NCBI GenBank assembly: GCA_964479945.1 | Contig: CAYZNS010000001.1 | Span: 11,493-75,492 of the forward strand | DNA length: 64,000 nucleotides | Reading direction: 5' to 3' | DNA from: an uncultured Candidatus Saccharibacteria bacterium | GTDB lineage: Bacteria; Patescibacteriota; Minisyncoccia; Ryanbacterales; 2-02-FULL-48-12 | Translations under genes and position numbers: made by a program | Shown here: piece by piece, positions 47,807-58,424 of the stretch | How positions within the stretch are numbered: the stretch's first letter is position 1 | Layout of the letters: each line of letters begins with the position of its first letter | Notes under the pieces: generated by a model | The model's database searches: none | What the model saw: only the letters and a program-made list of their open reading frames with translations | What the model was told of the DNA's origin: nothing

Positions 47807-49168
47807 TTATATAATGCGCTTTGTGAATAATTTGTCAATAAAAGAACGCGCGCCCACAACGAAAAACAAAAAATAAAACGGCAGCACCGGAACCAGAAAC
47901 CGTGGCTCGGCGGGAATAATCAATAACGCATGAGCAATATTAAAATACGCAATTAAGAATATCAACAGCCACGCGAAACGCGCATTGCTTTTCACTGCTT
48001 TATAAGCGCCCGTAACTGCCACGGCAAGAAACAAAAACCAGATACCGCGAGTGCCCAGGATTATGCTTACTTTCTGCAATGGCGGAATTGTGTCGCGCGT
48101 GCCCACAAACATGCGCGTTACCGGAAAGCCGCGGCCGTTTTCAGGCGTGTTCAGATCAAAAAGAATAGGAACAGTCCCGGCCAGAAACTTACCGGGGCGC
48201 CGGATTATTTCCGCGATACCCAACCGCATAAGAACATCTTCCGCTTCCGCGCGCGTATATCCTTCTTGCAGCAGGCGGGAAAATAATGCTTTGCGTTCCA
48301 CCCCTAATTGTTGCGCTATGGGATTAGGACCATATCCCTTCATAACTTTATCTGCAACATAATCACCTGACACGGCGGCAAGCGTATGCATACCTATATC
48401 ACGCCACGCGAGCGATCCGTAGAGAGAACGGGTATAGACAATATGGCCAGCACGTTCTATCTGCGCCTCACCAAACAACAAGTAAGTACGTACCATCCAT
48501 CCCCCAACAAAAATAAATATAATAAAAAACGCCGCACCCGCGCGCTTAATTGTTGCGCGTATATTCGTTTTTTCATATGCCATCCATACAAGTACTATCG
48601 GCACTATATAGAGAGCTACCGGTTTTGTGAGAACAAGAATGCTCCCCGCAACGCCTGCCATCACCATATAGCGTGTTTGCGGATCCATACGATAGCGAAA
48701 AAACAGCCACACAAGGAGAAGAATGAGAAAAATTGCAAGCAACTCCGACCCTATCTCAAACACGTAAAAATTAAAACCCCAATATAAACCAGCGGCAAGC
48801 GGTACTAATACCACATAAGAAGGCGGCAACAACACACCGCTTATTCGCCAAAGCAAGAACAGCGAAGCGGAAAATAATAGCACGTGCCCAAGCCATGCCG
48901 CGGCAACCTGCTTACCGAATACGCCATACATGCCCGCTAAAAAAATGGAATACGCGGGCGGGCGGCGAAACAAGGCCTGTTCTTCGCCCAACGATCCCGT
49001 ATGTATCAAGGACAATGCGCGGGCGTTATAGTATTCTGAATCATCGGACAAGTCGGCAAATGAAGTCTCAAACAAATGGCCATTAAACGCCGCGGTACCA
49101 ACGCTCGCAAGAATACCAAGCGCGATAATAAAAATAATACTCGTAAACCCCGTAAAATTTGAAATCAT
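47807..49168 (-). CDS. GT39-like polytopic glycosyltransferase (PMT_2 / ArnT-like)
   Basis: Multi-TM GT-C architecture similar to 37350-38714. Confidence 0.6.
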   Translation of the reverse strand: MISNFTGFTSIIFIIALGILASVGTAAFNGHLFETSFADLSDDSEYYNARALSLIHTGSLGEEQALFRRPPAYSIFLAGMYGVFGKQVAAAWLGHVLLFSASLFLLWRISGVLLPPSYVVLVPLAAGLYWGFNFYVFEIGSELLAIFLILLLVWLFFRYRMDPQTRYMVMAGVAGSILVLTKPVALYIVPIVLVWMAYEKTNIRATIKRAGAAFFIIFIFVGGWMVRTYLLFGEAQIERAGHIVYTRSLYGSLAWRDIGMHTLAAVSGDYVADKVMKGYGPNPIAQQLGVERKALFSRLLQEGYTRAEAEDVLMRLGIAEIIRRPGKFLAGTVPILFDLNTPENGRGFPVTRMFVGTRDTIPPLQKVSIILGTRGIWFLFLAVAVTGAYKAVKSNARFAWLLIFLIAYFNIAHALLIIPAEPRFLVPVLPFYFLFFVVGARSFIDKLFTKRII

Positions 49169-50448
49169 GGTATATTTATCATACAGACCTCATGCTAAAA
49201 ATGATAGGAAAATTTTTAGGGACTGACACCGCATATATTGCGGGCGGCAGTTTTTGGCTCTCCCTCCATAAAATTGCGAGCATCGGCGTCGCTATTCTTC
49301 TCTCTGTCGCATACGCCCGTTATCTTCCAAAGGAAACCTACGGCACCTATCGCTATATTTTAAGTTTTATAGGGATTTTTGGCGTCTTTGCAATATCCGG
49401 CATGGGCACTGCCATTATCCGAAGCGTGGCGCGCGGATATGCCGGCACATTTCGGGCGGGCGCTAAAACAATTTTTCTTTTCTCCTGGGGCATCAGCGTA
49501 TCATGCATTGCCGCCGCGGCGTACTTTTACTATGCAGACAGCTCACTGTCGCTGGCTGTTGGATTTCTAATTGCCGCGCTCTTTGTACCGTTCAGTGAAG
49601 GACTTGGCGCGTGGCGAAGCTACTACACGGCAACAAAACAATTTCGCGCGGGCGCTCTTTTTTCTTCCGGCGTGCAAATAACATACGGCATTGTCATGCT
49701 CGGCGGAATAGCAATCATGGCGGTATATCCTATTCCACAGGTATTGCATGTTCCACTCTTGGCAGGAGCATATCTTGCCGCGCACGCGCTTCCCAACATT
49801 GTTCTTATGCAGCGGCTGTGGCACGAAATTCCCCCCGAAGCGCCGGCAGACGCTTCCGCCCTGCGGTACGGTTTTCAGCTAACCGCAAGCGAGATTCCCA
49901 ATACCATCGCCCATTATCTTGACTCAATCCTACTCTATAGCCTGCTTGGTCCCGCGTCGATCGCCATATTTTCATTTGCCACAGCGCCCGTGGAACAGAT
50001 AAAAGCGCTGTTCGGCACCGCGGCAAGCGTAAGCATGCCCAAGCTCGCAGAAAAAACAAGTGAAGAATCGCTTACGCTTCTGAAGCAGACGCTTCCGGGA
50101 AAACTCTATCGCGCATGCGCGCTATCTGCCGCAATAGTAGCTGCCTATATTATCACCGCTCCGTTCCTTTTTCAGTTCTTGTTTCCCCGCTATATAGAAT
50201 CCGTGCCGCTTACGCAGGTTCTGGCACTATCGCTCGTTTTTTTTCCGTTGGGAGTATTTGGCACCGCGCTGAAGGCAGAAGGAAATATAAAAAAGATATA
50301 TATGTTCAGCATAACAAGCCCTCTTATTCAAATTGCCGCCATTATAGCGCTTATACCTCTCTACGGCCTATGGGGAGCAGTAGCCGCCCGCGTAGCGGGA
50401 AGAACCATTCATCATTTTTTTCTTGCGTATTTATACTATCGCCACTGA
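49159..50448 (+). CDS. Wzx-type oligosaccharide flippase / polysaccharide biosynthesis protein (MOP superfamily)
   Basis: About 12 TM helices with the MOP-flippase layout; TTG start. Confidence 0.75.
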   Translation: MKSWYIYHTDLMLKMIGKFLGTDTAYIAGGSFWLSLHKIASIGVAILLSVAYARYLPKETYGTYRYILSFIGIFGVFAISGMGTAIIRSVARGYAGTFRAGAKTIFLFSWGISVSCIAAAAYFYYADSSLSLAVGFLIAALFVPFSEGLGAWRSYYTATKQFRAGALFSSGVQITYGIVMLGGIAIMAVYPIPQVLHVPLLAGAYLAAHALPNIVLMQRLWHEIPPEAPADASALRYGFQLTASEIPNTIAHYLDSILLYSLLGPASIAIFSFATAPVEQIKALFGTAASVSMPKLAEKTSEESLTLLKQTLPGKLYRACALSAAIVAAYIITAPFLFQFLFPRYIESVPLTQVLALSLVFFPLGVFGTALKAEGNIKKIYMFSITSPLIQIAAIIALIPLYGLWGAVAARVAGRTIHHFFLAYLYYRH

Positions 50449-50489
50449 TCTCGCGTTATATAGGGATATATGGTATTGTGGTTGCGCAG

Positions 50490-52919
50490 ATGAATATCCT
50501 ATTTTCTTCCGGTTTCAAAAAATTCAGCTTGGTACTTGTAGCGCTCATCACGCTTGGTAGCGCCGCTTTTTTAGTGTGGCCGGGGACCATAGAACGGCTG
50601 GATATTATCTCTTCCAACCCCCATCCGCTCATCCGGCATTTTGCGCCGACATGGCGCTCGCTAAAACGCATAACAGATGTGCCTTTTCTTTTTTTGTATG
50701 CGTATCGCGCGCCACAACTTCCATTGTATGAAATAACATTATCACGGGGAGACAAAACGACGCTCTTTGATAACCTGCCGGACTATCCCCGCGTAGACGC
50801 CATGTGGGAAAACTATAAAATATCCGTAAAAGGCGAATTTCGCGCAGGCGATTATTTCACAGAGGATGCTAAAATCCGCCCACGTGGCATAGGACCCAAT
50901 CACTGGAATGCTGTCAAAAAATCGTGGCAAATTAATCTGCCGGAAGATAATCCGCTTGGCGAGCGCACCACCCTGCGGCTTATCCTTCCTGAAGACAAAG
51001 GATGGATCTTCTTCCCGCTCACCGCAATGCGCGCGCGTGAACTGGACCTTTTGAGTCCGCGGGTTTCATTTGTGCGCCTGCGCATCAACAGCGTGGATAT
51101 GGGAACCTATCACCTGCTGGAAGGATGGGAAGAATCATGGCTTGAAGGCCAGCGGCGCGGCTTGGGACCTTTTTTTTCCAACTTAAATCTAGACGTAACC
51201 GATACAGACTTATTCCGTACCGATTCGTTATATCTGTGGGAGAACCGTTTTGCCGCAGAAACGCCCGCAGAATCTCACGATGTTCTCACATACTTTTTGG
51301 ATCTTGTTGCAAACGCGCCTGATGATATATTCGCGCAGGAACTGCCGCGCATAGTTGATATGGACATGTTCAACCGATGGCTTATAATTACTACCCTTTC
51401 CGGCAATTTTCATCAAGGGAATATTGCAAACCAGAACTGGTATCTCAATCCCGCCACGGGAAAGCTGGAACCAGTGTTGTTTGACACCGCATTGAAACCC
51501 ATTGGGACCACGTTTTCTCTTGCAAACAACCGCTTGGTTAGCCGTGCCATGCGCGTTCCGCAATTCAACGCCACATTCACGGAACAGCTTGCAGCATACC
51601 TGGCAGACGGCTCCCGCAAAGAACGCGCACTTGCGTTTTACGACAAAACATATGCTGCCGTACGGAACGATATTTTCAGCGATACAAAAAAAATACAGCC
51701 GTCGCTCTCCGTACTGCGCCACGTACCAAAAGAGCGCGAAACCATCGCGCACAACTACGACGCGCTTTCTCGCATGCTGGCCGAGAACGGAATGATAACC
51801 TTTACATTTGCCGAAGAGTCGTATCCACTGGAGAGAGAATTTAACACAGCCGCATATAAGAATACATTTCTACGCCGCGGGGCCTCCCTGACAGAATTTC
51901 TCCGTTCCCATCGGCAATTTGTATCACGCGGGGGGGACACGCTGGCGCTTCCGCGTGGAACGCACGTAGTTCGCAGCACGATCGTAGTACCAGAGGGATA
52001 CACGCTTGTAATTGATCCGGGGGCACGCCTGCTATTCGCACCCGGCATCTCGCTGTTTTCCTACAGCCGCGTGGAAAGCCGCGGCACGGCAACGCGCCCT
52101 GTTGCCATACAAGCGCTTGATCCTAAAAAACCGTGGGGCGTATTTGCCGTTTTGGAAGCGCCCGGCACGAACACATTTACGCATACTCATATTGCGGATG
52201 GCAGGGAGACAACGTTTGCCGGCAGGTATTTCAGCGGTATGCTCTCCGTCCGGTCAAGCAATCTTAATTTTGAAAACGGATCAATCGCACGATCCTATGC
52301 GGATGACGGCATTCATGTTTTCAACGCGCAGGGAATTATTACGCATACCCTTTTTCAAGATACTCTCGGCGACAGCATAGATATTGATTTTGCATCTGAC
52401 AACACGGTCATTACTCATAATACATTTGTGAATGCCGGCACAGACGATGATGATAATGGAGATGCTATAGATTTGAGTTTTTCTAAAGTTATCATTCGCG
52501 AAAACGTCATTACCGGCTGCGCGGATAAAGGTATCAGCGTGGGAGAAACGTCAACGCCGCTTATAGAAAAAAATACCATCATTGGCTGCGTATATGGCAT
52601 TGCGGTAAAAGATAGATCATCCGCGACTATAACAGACAATATATTGGCTGCAAACAGCATCGGCATCGGACTTTACCGCAAAAAACCGTATTTCATAGAA
52701 GGCGGGCGTGCACATGTCCGAAATACCATAGTATGGGACAATAAAACACAAATTACGGCGGATGCGTATTCATCCGTTGATATCGAACAAAGCGTAATAG
52801 AAAACGGATATGCAGGCACGGGAAATTCTGACGCGCAACCGGATTTAAAATCTCTGCTGACCGCAGATCTTTTTGACGTTCTGCAAACAACTTTAAAACG
52901 CTATGAACAAACGCTCTAA
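50490..52919 (+). CDS. CotH-family domain fused to a C-terminal right-handed parallel beta-helix (pectate-lyase-like repeats), membrane-anchored
   Basis: HFAPTWRSLKR, AKIRPRGIGPNHWNAVKKSWQINLP (CotH), then NGDAIDLSFSKVIIRENVITGCADKGISVGE...NTIIGCVYGIAV...NILAANSIGIGL beta-helix repeats. ATG at 50490 after the upstream stop. Confidence 0.7.
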   Translation: MNILFSSGFKKFSLVLVALITLGSAAFLVWPGTIERLDIISSNPHPLIRHFAPTWRSLKRITDVPFLFLYAYRAPQLPLYEITLSRGDKTTLFDNLPDYPRVDAMWENYKISVKGEFRAGDYFTEDAKIRPRGIGPNHWNAVKKSWQINLPEDNPLGERTTLRLILPEDKGWIFFPLTAMRARELDLLSPRVSFVRLRINSVDMGTYHLLEGWEESWLEGQRRGLGPFFSNLNLDVTDTDLFRTDSLYLWENRFAAETPAESHDVLTYFLDLVANAPDDIFAQELPRIVDMDMFNRWLIITTLSGNFHQGNIANQNWYLNPATGKLEPVLFDTALKPIGTTFSLANNRLVSRAMRVPQFNATFTEQLAAYLADGSRKERALAFYDKTYAAVRNDIFSDTKKIQPSLSVLRHVPKERETIAHNYDALSRMLAENGMITFTFAEESYPLEREFNTAAYKNTFLRRGASLTEFLRSHRQFVSRGGDTLALPRGTHVVRSTIVVPEGYTLVIDPGARLLFAPGISLFSYSRVESRGTATRPVAIQALDPKKPWGVFAVLEAPGTNTFTHTHIADGRETTFAGRYFSGMLSVRSSNLNFENGSIARSYADDGIHVFNAQGIITHTLFQDTLGDSIDIDFASDNTVITHNTFVNAGTDDDDNGDAIDLSFSKVIIRENVITGCADKGISVGETSTPLIEKNTIIGCVYGIAVKDRSSATITDNILAANSIGIGLYRKKPYFIEGGRAHVRNTIVWDNKTQITADAYSSVDIEQSVIENGYAGTGNSDAQPDLKSLLTADLFDVLQTTLKRYEQTL

Positions 52920-54258
52920 AAAACTGCGCCTGATTTTCATTGTTGCAATTATCGCAGCGTCCATCGGCTTTAGCACGGCTACTCTTGCCAACGCTGTTGA
53001 AATTCCCACCTGGGAAAATCTGCACTGGCGGCTTGATATTATGTATCAAAATCCTGATTCGTTCATCCGACATTTTTCTCCTACATGGCGGTCGATCAAA
53101 AAAATCGGGGACTTATATTACTTGCCGCAAACCCTGTTCCACAAATCGGAACTTCCCGTCTATGAGATAACTCTCACGCGCGCGGATCTGCGATTGCTGT
53201 TGGATTCGCTGCCCGCGCTTGCCGGCGGCAAACCGCATCTTACGGAAGAACATAAGGCGTCCGTAAAAGGAACGTTTCGCAACGGTGAAATGGAAACGGA
53301 CGTGCGGGTGCGCTACCGCGGAGTTTTACCGAACCACTGGAGCGCGCGAAAAAAATCATGGAATATTACGCTTCTTGATGAAAACACGGGCGATGAAATT
53401 CGTACCTTGCGCCTTTTTATCCCGGAAGACCGCTCGTGGGCAGCAGAATTGCTGGAAGCATACCGCGCCCGAAAATTCGGTGTGCTAACCCCCTCTATTG
53501 AATTTGTAAAATTAAAACTCAACGGCCATGATCTGGGTGTTTACATGAGCATTGAAGGGTTTGACCAGTCGTTTCTTGAATATAATAACCGCCCCGTTGG
53601 CGACATGTTCTCCGAGCAGGATATTGAAGACCGCCCGGATTACATGCGAGTGGATTCTTTAGAATTTTGGCAGGCACGCATACACAAAGAAACTAATCCT
53701 TACAAAGAAAACATAGCGGAATTTCTCCACGTTATATCGGACACCACTGACGAGGAATTCACGCGCCGCATCCCCACCTTGTTGGATATGGAAAAAATGT
53801 ACGGCTGGATGCTAGAGTCGCTTATAGCACGAAACTATCATCAAAAAAACTCGGGAAATCTAAATTTCTATTACGATCCCGAGCGCCACATTTTTGAGCC
53901 GATCGCGTACGACATGTTCTCTCGCGAACTCGGAGATACATACGAAGTTGCCCATAATAGACTTGTCAATAGAGTTCTACAACAGGAACAATTTCGTGTT
54001 TCGTTTGAAACAAAAGCACGCGCTTATGTATATGATCCGGAAAACCTAAAAAACGATCTCGCGTATTACGATGCCATGGCCGCATCCATAGAAAAAGATA
54101 TAATGGCAGATACCGCAAAACTGCCGCCGACGTATTTATTTTTCTCTTATACGGAACGGCATCGAAATGAAATAATTGCAAATTTTGAGAAGGTGCGACA
54201 GTGGCTGGAAAACGGAGAGCTCCCCATTACGTTTGCAGAAGAAATATACCCGCTATGA
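52903..54258 (+). CDS. CotH-family protein with signal peptide
   Basis: HFSPTWRSIKK, VRVRYRGVLPNHWSARKKSWNITL. Third paralog. Confidence 0.7.
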   Translation: MNKRSKKLRLIFIVAIIAASIGFSTATLANAVEIPTWENLHWRLDIMYQNPDSFIRHFSPTWRSIKKIGDLYYLPQTLFHKSELPVYEITLTRADLRLLLDSLPALAGGKPHLTEEHKASVKGTFRNGEMETDVRVRYRGVLPNHWSARKKSWNITLLDENTGDEIRTLRLFIPEDRSWAAELLEAYRARKFGVLTPSIEFVKLKLNGHDLGVYMSIEGFDQSFLEYNNRPVGDMFSEQDIEDRPDYMRVDSLEFWQARIHKETNPYKENIAEFLHVISDTTDEEFTRRIPTLLDMEKMYGWMLESLIARNYHQKNSGNLNFYYDPERHIFEPIAYDMFSRELGDTYEVAHNRLVNRVLQQEQFRVSFETKARAYVYDPENLKNDLAYYDAMAASIEKDIMADTAKLPPTYLFFSYTERHRNEIIANFEKVRQWLENGELPITFAEEIYPL

Positions 54259-54989
54259 ATAATCAGATATTTAAACGCTATGAATTTAAATACCACGTAC
54301 CGGAGTACTTTGTACCGAACATTGCATCGTTTTTATTGCGCCATGGCATGCAATTGGATCCAGCCGCCAGACAGAAACCGGGTTCTTTTTATACGGTAAC
54401 AAGTTTATATTTTGATTCGCCCACATTAAACGACTACCATGACAAAGCAGGCGGATTTCTTTCACGAAAAAAAATCCGCGTGCGCATTTATGATCCATTC
54501 CTTACTGAAAATACCAAAGAAATATGGCTTGAAAAAAAAGCAAAGTACAATATGTGGGTCGCAAAAAAACGCGCGCTCCTTACCTTTACAGACTACAAGG
54601 AGCTTATGGGTAGATCCCGCGCCGGCCTTCTGCGGCAGTATGGCGCAGACTCCTATGCGGCAGAAACCCTATCACATATTGTCCGCGAACAAATGAAGCC
54701 GCAACTCATAACGCGCTATAGGCGCATTCCATTGCTGATGCCGGGACCGGCGGATTTCCGTATAACGCTGGACAGCCGCATAGAGACTTGCTTTTCGCGG
54801 GATTTGCGCTATACTGCACCCATGAAAACGGTACACCCTGGCACGGCGGTACTGGAAGTAAAATTCGGCACCATCCTCCCCGGCTGGTTCAGGACACTGC
54901 TTCAGCAATATAATTTAAGCAGGGAGTCGTCTTCCAAATACGCGAACGCCATGGAAGGCTTGCGAATCTATAATCCGATACCAAGATAG
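54255..54989 (+). CDS. VTC-domain (CYTH-like, polyphosphate-polymerase-type) protein
   Basis: MNNQIFKRYEFKYHVP N-terminus typical of VTC-domain proteins. ATGA overlap with the upstream CotH gene. Confidence 0.6.
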   Translation: MNNQIFKRYEFKYHVPEYFVPNIASFLLRHGMQLDPAARQKPGSFYTVTSLYFDSPTLNDYHDKAGGFLSRKKIRVRIYDPFLTENTKEIWLEKKAKYNMWVAKKRALLTFTDYKELMGRSRAGLLRQYGADSYAAETLSHIVREQMKPQLITRYRRIPLLMPGPADFRITLDSRIETCFSRDLRYTAPMKTVHPGTAVLEVKFGTILPGWFRTLLQQYNLSRESSSKYANAMEGLRIYNPIPR

Positions 54990-55025
54990 GTAATTTAAAA
55001 TTGCAAATATCAGATTTCAAATTTT

Positions 55026-55694
55026 ATGGAGAATTTTTTATATTTGGCAGAAACAGAAGTGAATGCGGCGGTTGTCGTGTTTAATATATTTTTTGTACTG
55101 GTTTTGGAACTCATCATCGCGTGGGTGTACCGAAAAACGCACCGCGCCCTTTCCTTTTCGCAATCCTTTCTATTCACCATGATCCTGATGGGGCTTATTG
55201 CCACCGTCATCATGATGGTTATTGCCGAAAACATTGTAGGCGCGTTCGCGCTCTTAGGCGCCTTCTCCCTGATCCGTTTCCGCACCATTGTGAAAGAAAC
55301 GCGGGATATCGCCTTCATATTTTTTGCGCTCGCTATTGGCGTTGCCGGAGGAACAAACAATTATGTCGTTGCCGGAATTGGAACTGTTCTTATATCCCTC
55401 ATTATTCTCTTTTTTGATAAGATAAACTTTGGATCCGCCGCGCGCGGCGGGCATCTCCTCCTGGTGGTAGCCAAAGAGCCGTTTGATCCAACTACGCACC
55501 CGGCGCTCCAGGCAGGCACCGTCTCTTCTTACGTACTAAACCTCAAAACGCTTGCGGAAAACATGCGTGAATATACCCTGGGCGTCCGCCTCAAAGACGA
55601 AAACGGCGTAACGCGCCTGATAGACTCCCTCAAAAAAGAGCAGCTCGTAGAGCACGTGGAACTCATGAGCGGAAAAAATGCTGTTGAGTATTAA
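55026..55694 (+). CDS. DUF4956-family membrane protein
   Basis: ...GAFALLGAFSLIRFRTIVKETRDIAFIFFALAIGVAGG matches the DUF4956 core. Confidence 0.6.
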   Translation: MENFLYLAETEVNAAVVVFNIFFVLVLELIIAWVYRKTHRALSFSQSFLFTMILMGLIATVIMMVIAENIVGAFALLGAFSLIRFRTIVKETRDIAFIFFALAIGVAGGTNNYVVAGIGTVLISLIILFFDKINFGSAARGGHLLLVVAKEPFDPTTHPALQAGTVSSYVLNLKTLAENMREYTLGVRLKDENGVTRLIDSLKKEQLVEHVELMSGKNAVEY

Positions 55695-57513
55695 ACAATA
55701 TACAGAATCCCTTGTAGATTGGCGCTTTTTTCCGGCGCTTTTTATAATTTTACTCACTACATTTTCTCTTATTGTAACACCTGGGTACGAAAGCTTTACG
55801 AGTGATCAGGCAATTTTTCTTCCTCCCCTACTGCATAACCTCGACCCTTCTTTTTTCCCAAACACTGATTTGCAACATTCTCACCTCATACACTCGGAAC
55901 GATCCGTTATTCTTGATATTCTCGCTTTCTTCGTACGCAGAGGAACGAATTTATTATTGACTCTTTTTATATTAAGCGCCTTACTACGCGCGCTCCTTTT
56001 CGCGCTTCTCTATGCGCTCATTCTTTATTTCACTGAAAACCGCTTGCGCGCATCTTTTATATTGCTATTTTTCCTCACACCCTTTTTCATCCCGGGAACG
56101 GGCCATGTAACGATAGAAAATATGTTTACCTACCGGACGATTGCCGTGCCTGCCGGGCTTTTGTACCTCGTTCTGTACTTGCATGGAAAACGTTTTGTCT
56201 CTCTTATTCCTCTACTGCTCACATTTAGTGTTCATGCCATTACCGCCCTTCCTTTTTTCTGTTTTCATTTCTTGCATCTCTTACACACAGGGTGGCACAA
56301 ACGAATGGATCGCCTTGAAATCTTGCGCAACCTCTTACTCGGCATTACGCTTATTATTGGCATGATACTGTTTTTGGTTTGGCGAAGCAGTGGTGCTACA
56401 AACGCGTTTTTCCTGCATATGGACGAAGAGTGGAAACAACTTGCCAATCCACGCAATGCGCCGGCGTTTTATGCGTATTGGGACAGTAACTCTTATTTTT
56501 CCATTATCTCCTGGCTCATTCTCGGCAGCATACCTCTTTTGTATATGAAAGAATTCTTGCGCAAAGCGGAAAAGCGCGCTATTTTTCTAATTATTCTACT
56601 GGTTCCCATTGTTATGGGTTTGCTTGCCGCTATAGGCGAGCTATCATCACTACATGGAATTATTAAATTAAACCTACAGCGAGGAATTCTTTTTATATCC
56701 TTGTTCATACCACTTTTGGTAAGTATGTTAACGTTATGGCACGCGGAACAAAAACGCGAAGAGATACTTAAAAATACGTTTCTGATTTCCATCCTTGCTT
56801 GGTTTTTATTTAAAGAAAACTTTGTGTTTCTGCGAGAACAAATGCTCCTCTTCGTTCCTCCTACAGCCTTGCTATTTTACGGATTGCCGCGCGCCGCTCT
56901 CGCAGTGTTTGCTGCTACTGATGCGGCAGTAATATACCGATCCTTGTTTTATGGAGATGTTTTCTCAATCATCTCGTTCCATCTGGCACTGATTGCGGGG
57001 TGGATGCTTTCTGAATTATACGCAAACAGCACTGTATCATCCTCTTCTCTTGCACGCCATGGCGTAATTGCCGCCATACCAATCTTGGTAATTATGATTT
57101 TATTCTCATTAAACTCTTTTACCATTTATCCGGCATATTCTTATAATACGCCGTATATGGAATCATGCGCATGGATACAGCAACATACGCATAAAAGTAA
57201 TATTTTCATCGTAGAGCCGTTTGTTACCGATCCTCCGCCGGCAGATTTCCGTCTTGCCTGCTTACGGCCCATTTTTACTACATATAAGGAAGGTGGCGTT
57301 GTGCCCTACGACGAAAACCGCGCAGTCGGGTTTGAATGGAAAAAACGCTATGATCTGATATATGCGCTTAAAAACGACATCACGCTCATCGGTCAGATCA
57401 AACAAGCGTATCAGGTTGACTATATATTCTCGCAAACACCCCTTGCGCTTCCTCAACGCTATCCATTAGTATTCTCAAACGAAGCATATTTTATATATGA
57501 TATTCGAAACTAA
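55678..57513 (+). CDS. large polytopic membrane protein, hypothetical
   Basis: 611 aa with more than 12 predicted TM helices; no recognisable motif. Confidence 0.5.
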   Translation: MLLSIKQYTESLVDWRFFPALFIILLTTFSLIVTPGYESFTSDQAIFLPPLLHNLDPSFFPNTDLQHSHLIHSERSVILDILAFFVRRGTNLLLTLFILSALLRALLFALLYALILYFTENRLRASFILLFFLTPFFIPGTGHVTIENMFTYRTIAVPAGLLYLVLYLHGKRFVSLIPLLLTFSVHAITALPFFCFHFLHLLHTGWHKRMDRLEILRNLLLGITLIIGMILFLVWRSSGATNAFFLHMDEEWKQLANPRNAPAFYAYWDSNSYFSIISWLILGSIPLLYMKEFLRKAEKRAIFLIILLVPIVMGLLAAIGELSSLHGIIKLNLQRGILFISLFIPLLVSMLTLWHAEQKREEILKNTFLISILAWFLFKENFVFLREQMLLFVPPTALLFYGLPRAALAVFAATDAAVIYRSLFYGDVFSIISFHLALIAGWMLSELYANSTVSSSSLARHGVIAAIPILVIMILFSLNSFTIYPAYSYNTPYMESCAWIQQHTHKSNIFIVEPFVTDPPPADFRLACLRPIFTTYKEGGVVPYDENRAVGFEWKKRYDLIYALKNDITLIGQIKQAYQVDYIFSQTPLALPQRYPLVFSNEAYFIYDIRN

Positions 57514-58402
57514 CCAACCGCTCGTAAGCGTAGTACTGCCCACGTACAACAGGGCATATATTCTGTCGAAGGCCATAGAAAGCGTACTAGCACAAACATA
57601 CACAAACTGGGAACTTATTATAGTAGATGATGGATCAACGGATACTACGCGCGAAATTATTGCCGGTTTTTCCAACCCACGCATTCGCTATATAAAACAC
57701 GAAGCAAACAAGGGCCTGGCCGCCGCGCGCAACACGGGTATCCGAAATGCGCGTGGGAAATATATCGCCAACCTGGATTCTGATGATGTGTGGATGCCCA
57801 AGAAATTGGAAAAAGAGATGCGGCGCTTTACGCCCGGCATTGATGTGGTATATTCCGGCTATGACCGCACGCTTCCCAATGGTCGCACGCTGCACCTCCC
57901 TCATCATCCGAAAGAAGGCAATCTCAAGAATGATTTTCTGGAATCAAACATCATTGGCATGGTTATGTCGACGGTGCGAAAAGAGATCTTTTTCAAATAT
58001 GGCATGTTTGATGAATCCGTCCAGGCGCTACAAGATTGGGAGTTATGGCTTCGCGTTGCTCCCCATTGTCAATTCGTATTTGTACCTGAAGTTTTAGTGA
58101 CCGGCAGCATACTTCAGGACAGTATTGCCAGCGATCATACAAAACGCCTTCGCTCGCGCGAACAAATATTCAGTAAACACGAACAACTGTTCTGTGCGGT
58201 TCCCGCAGTGTACGCAAAACACGCGTATAGCATCGGGCACGCATACGCTCTGCGCGGCAATATACCACACGCCCTGCCATATCTGAAAAAAGCATATCGG
58301 TCGCAACCATTCCGCATGCGCTATCTTGCCGCCTGTATATTGGCATGGATAACCGTGGTACTTCGAAGACCAAACATATACAAACAAATTGCAGCACGGT
58401 AA
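57497..58402 (+). CDS. GT2 glycosyltransferase
   Basis: VSVVLPTYNRAYIL...ELIIVDDGSTDTTREI...DSDDVW. Confidence 0.8.
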   Translation: MIFETNQPLVSVVLPTYNRAYILSKAIESVLAQTYTNWELIIVDDGSTDTTREIIAGFSNPRIRYIKHEANKGLAAARNTGIRNARGKYIANLDSDDVWMPKKLEKEMRRFTPGIDVVYSGYDRTLPNGRTLHLPHHPKEGNLKNDFLESNIIGMVMSTVRKEIFFKYGMFDESVQALQDWELWLRVAPHCQFVFVPEVLVTGSILQDSIASDHTKRLRSREQIFSKHEQLFCAVPAVYAKHAYSIGHAYALRGNIPHALPYLKKAYRSQPFRMRYLAACILAWITVVLRRPNIYKQIAAR

Positions 58403-58424
58403 GCACGCGTGCTAGCATACAACT

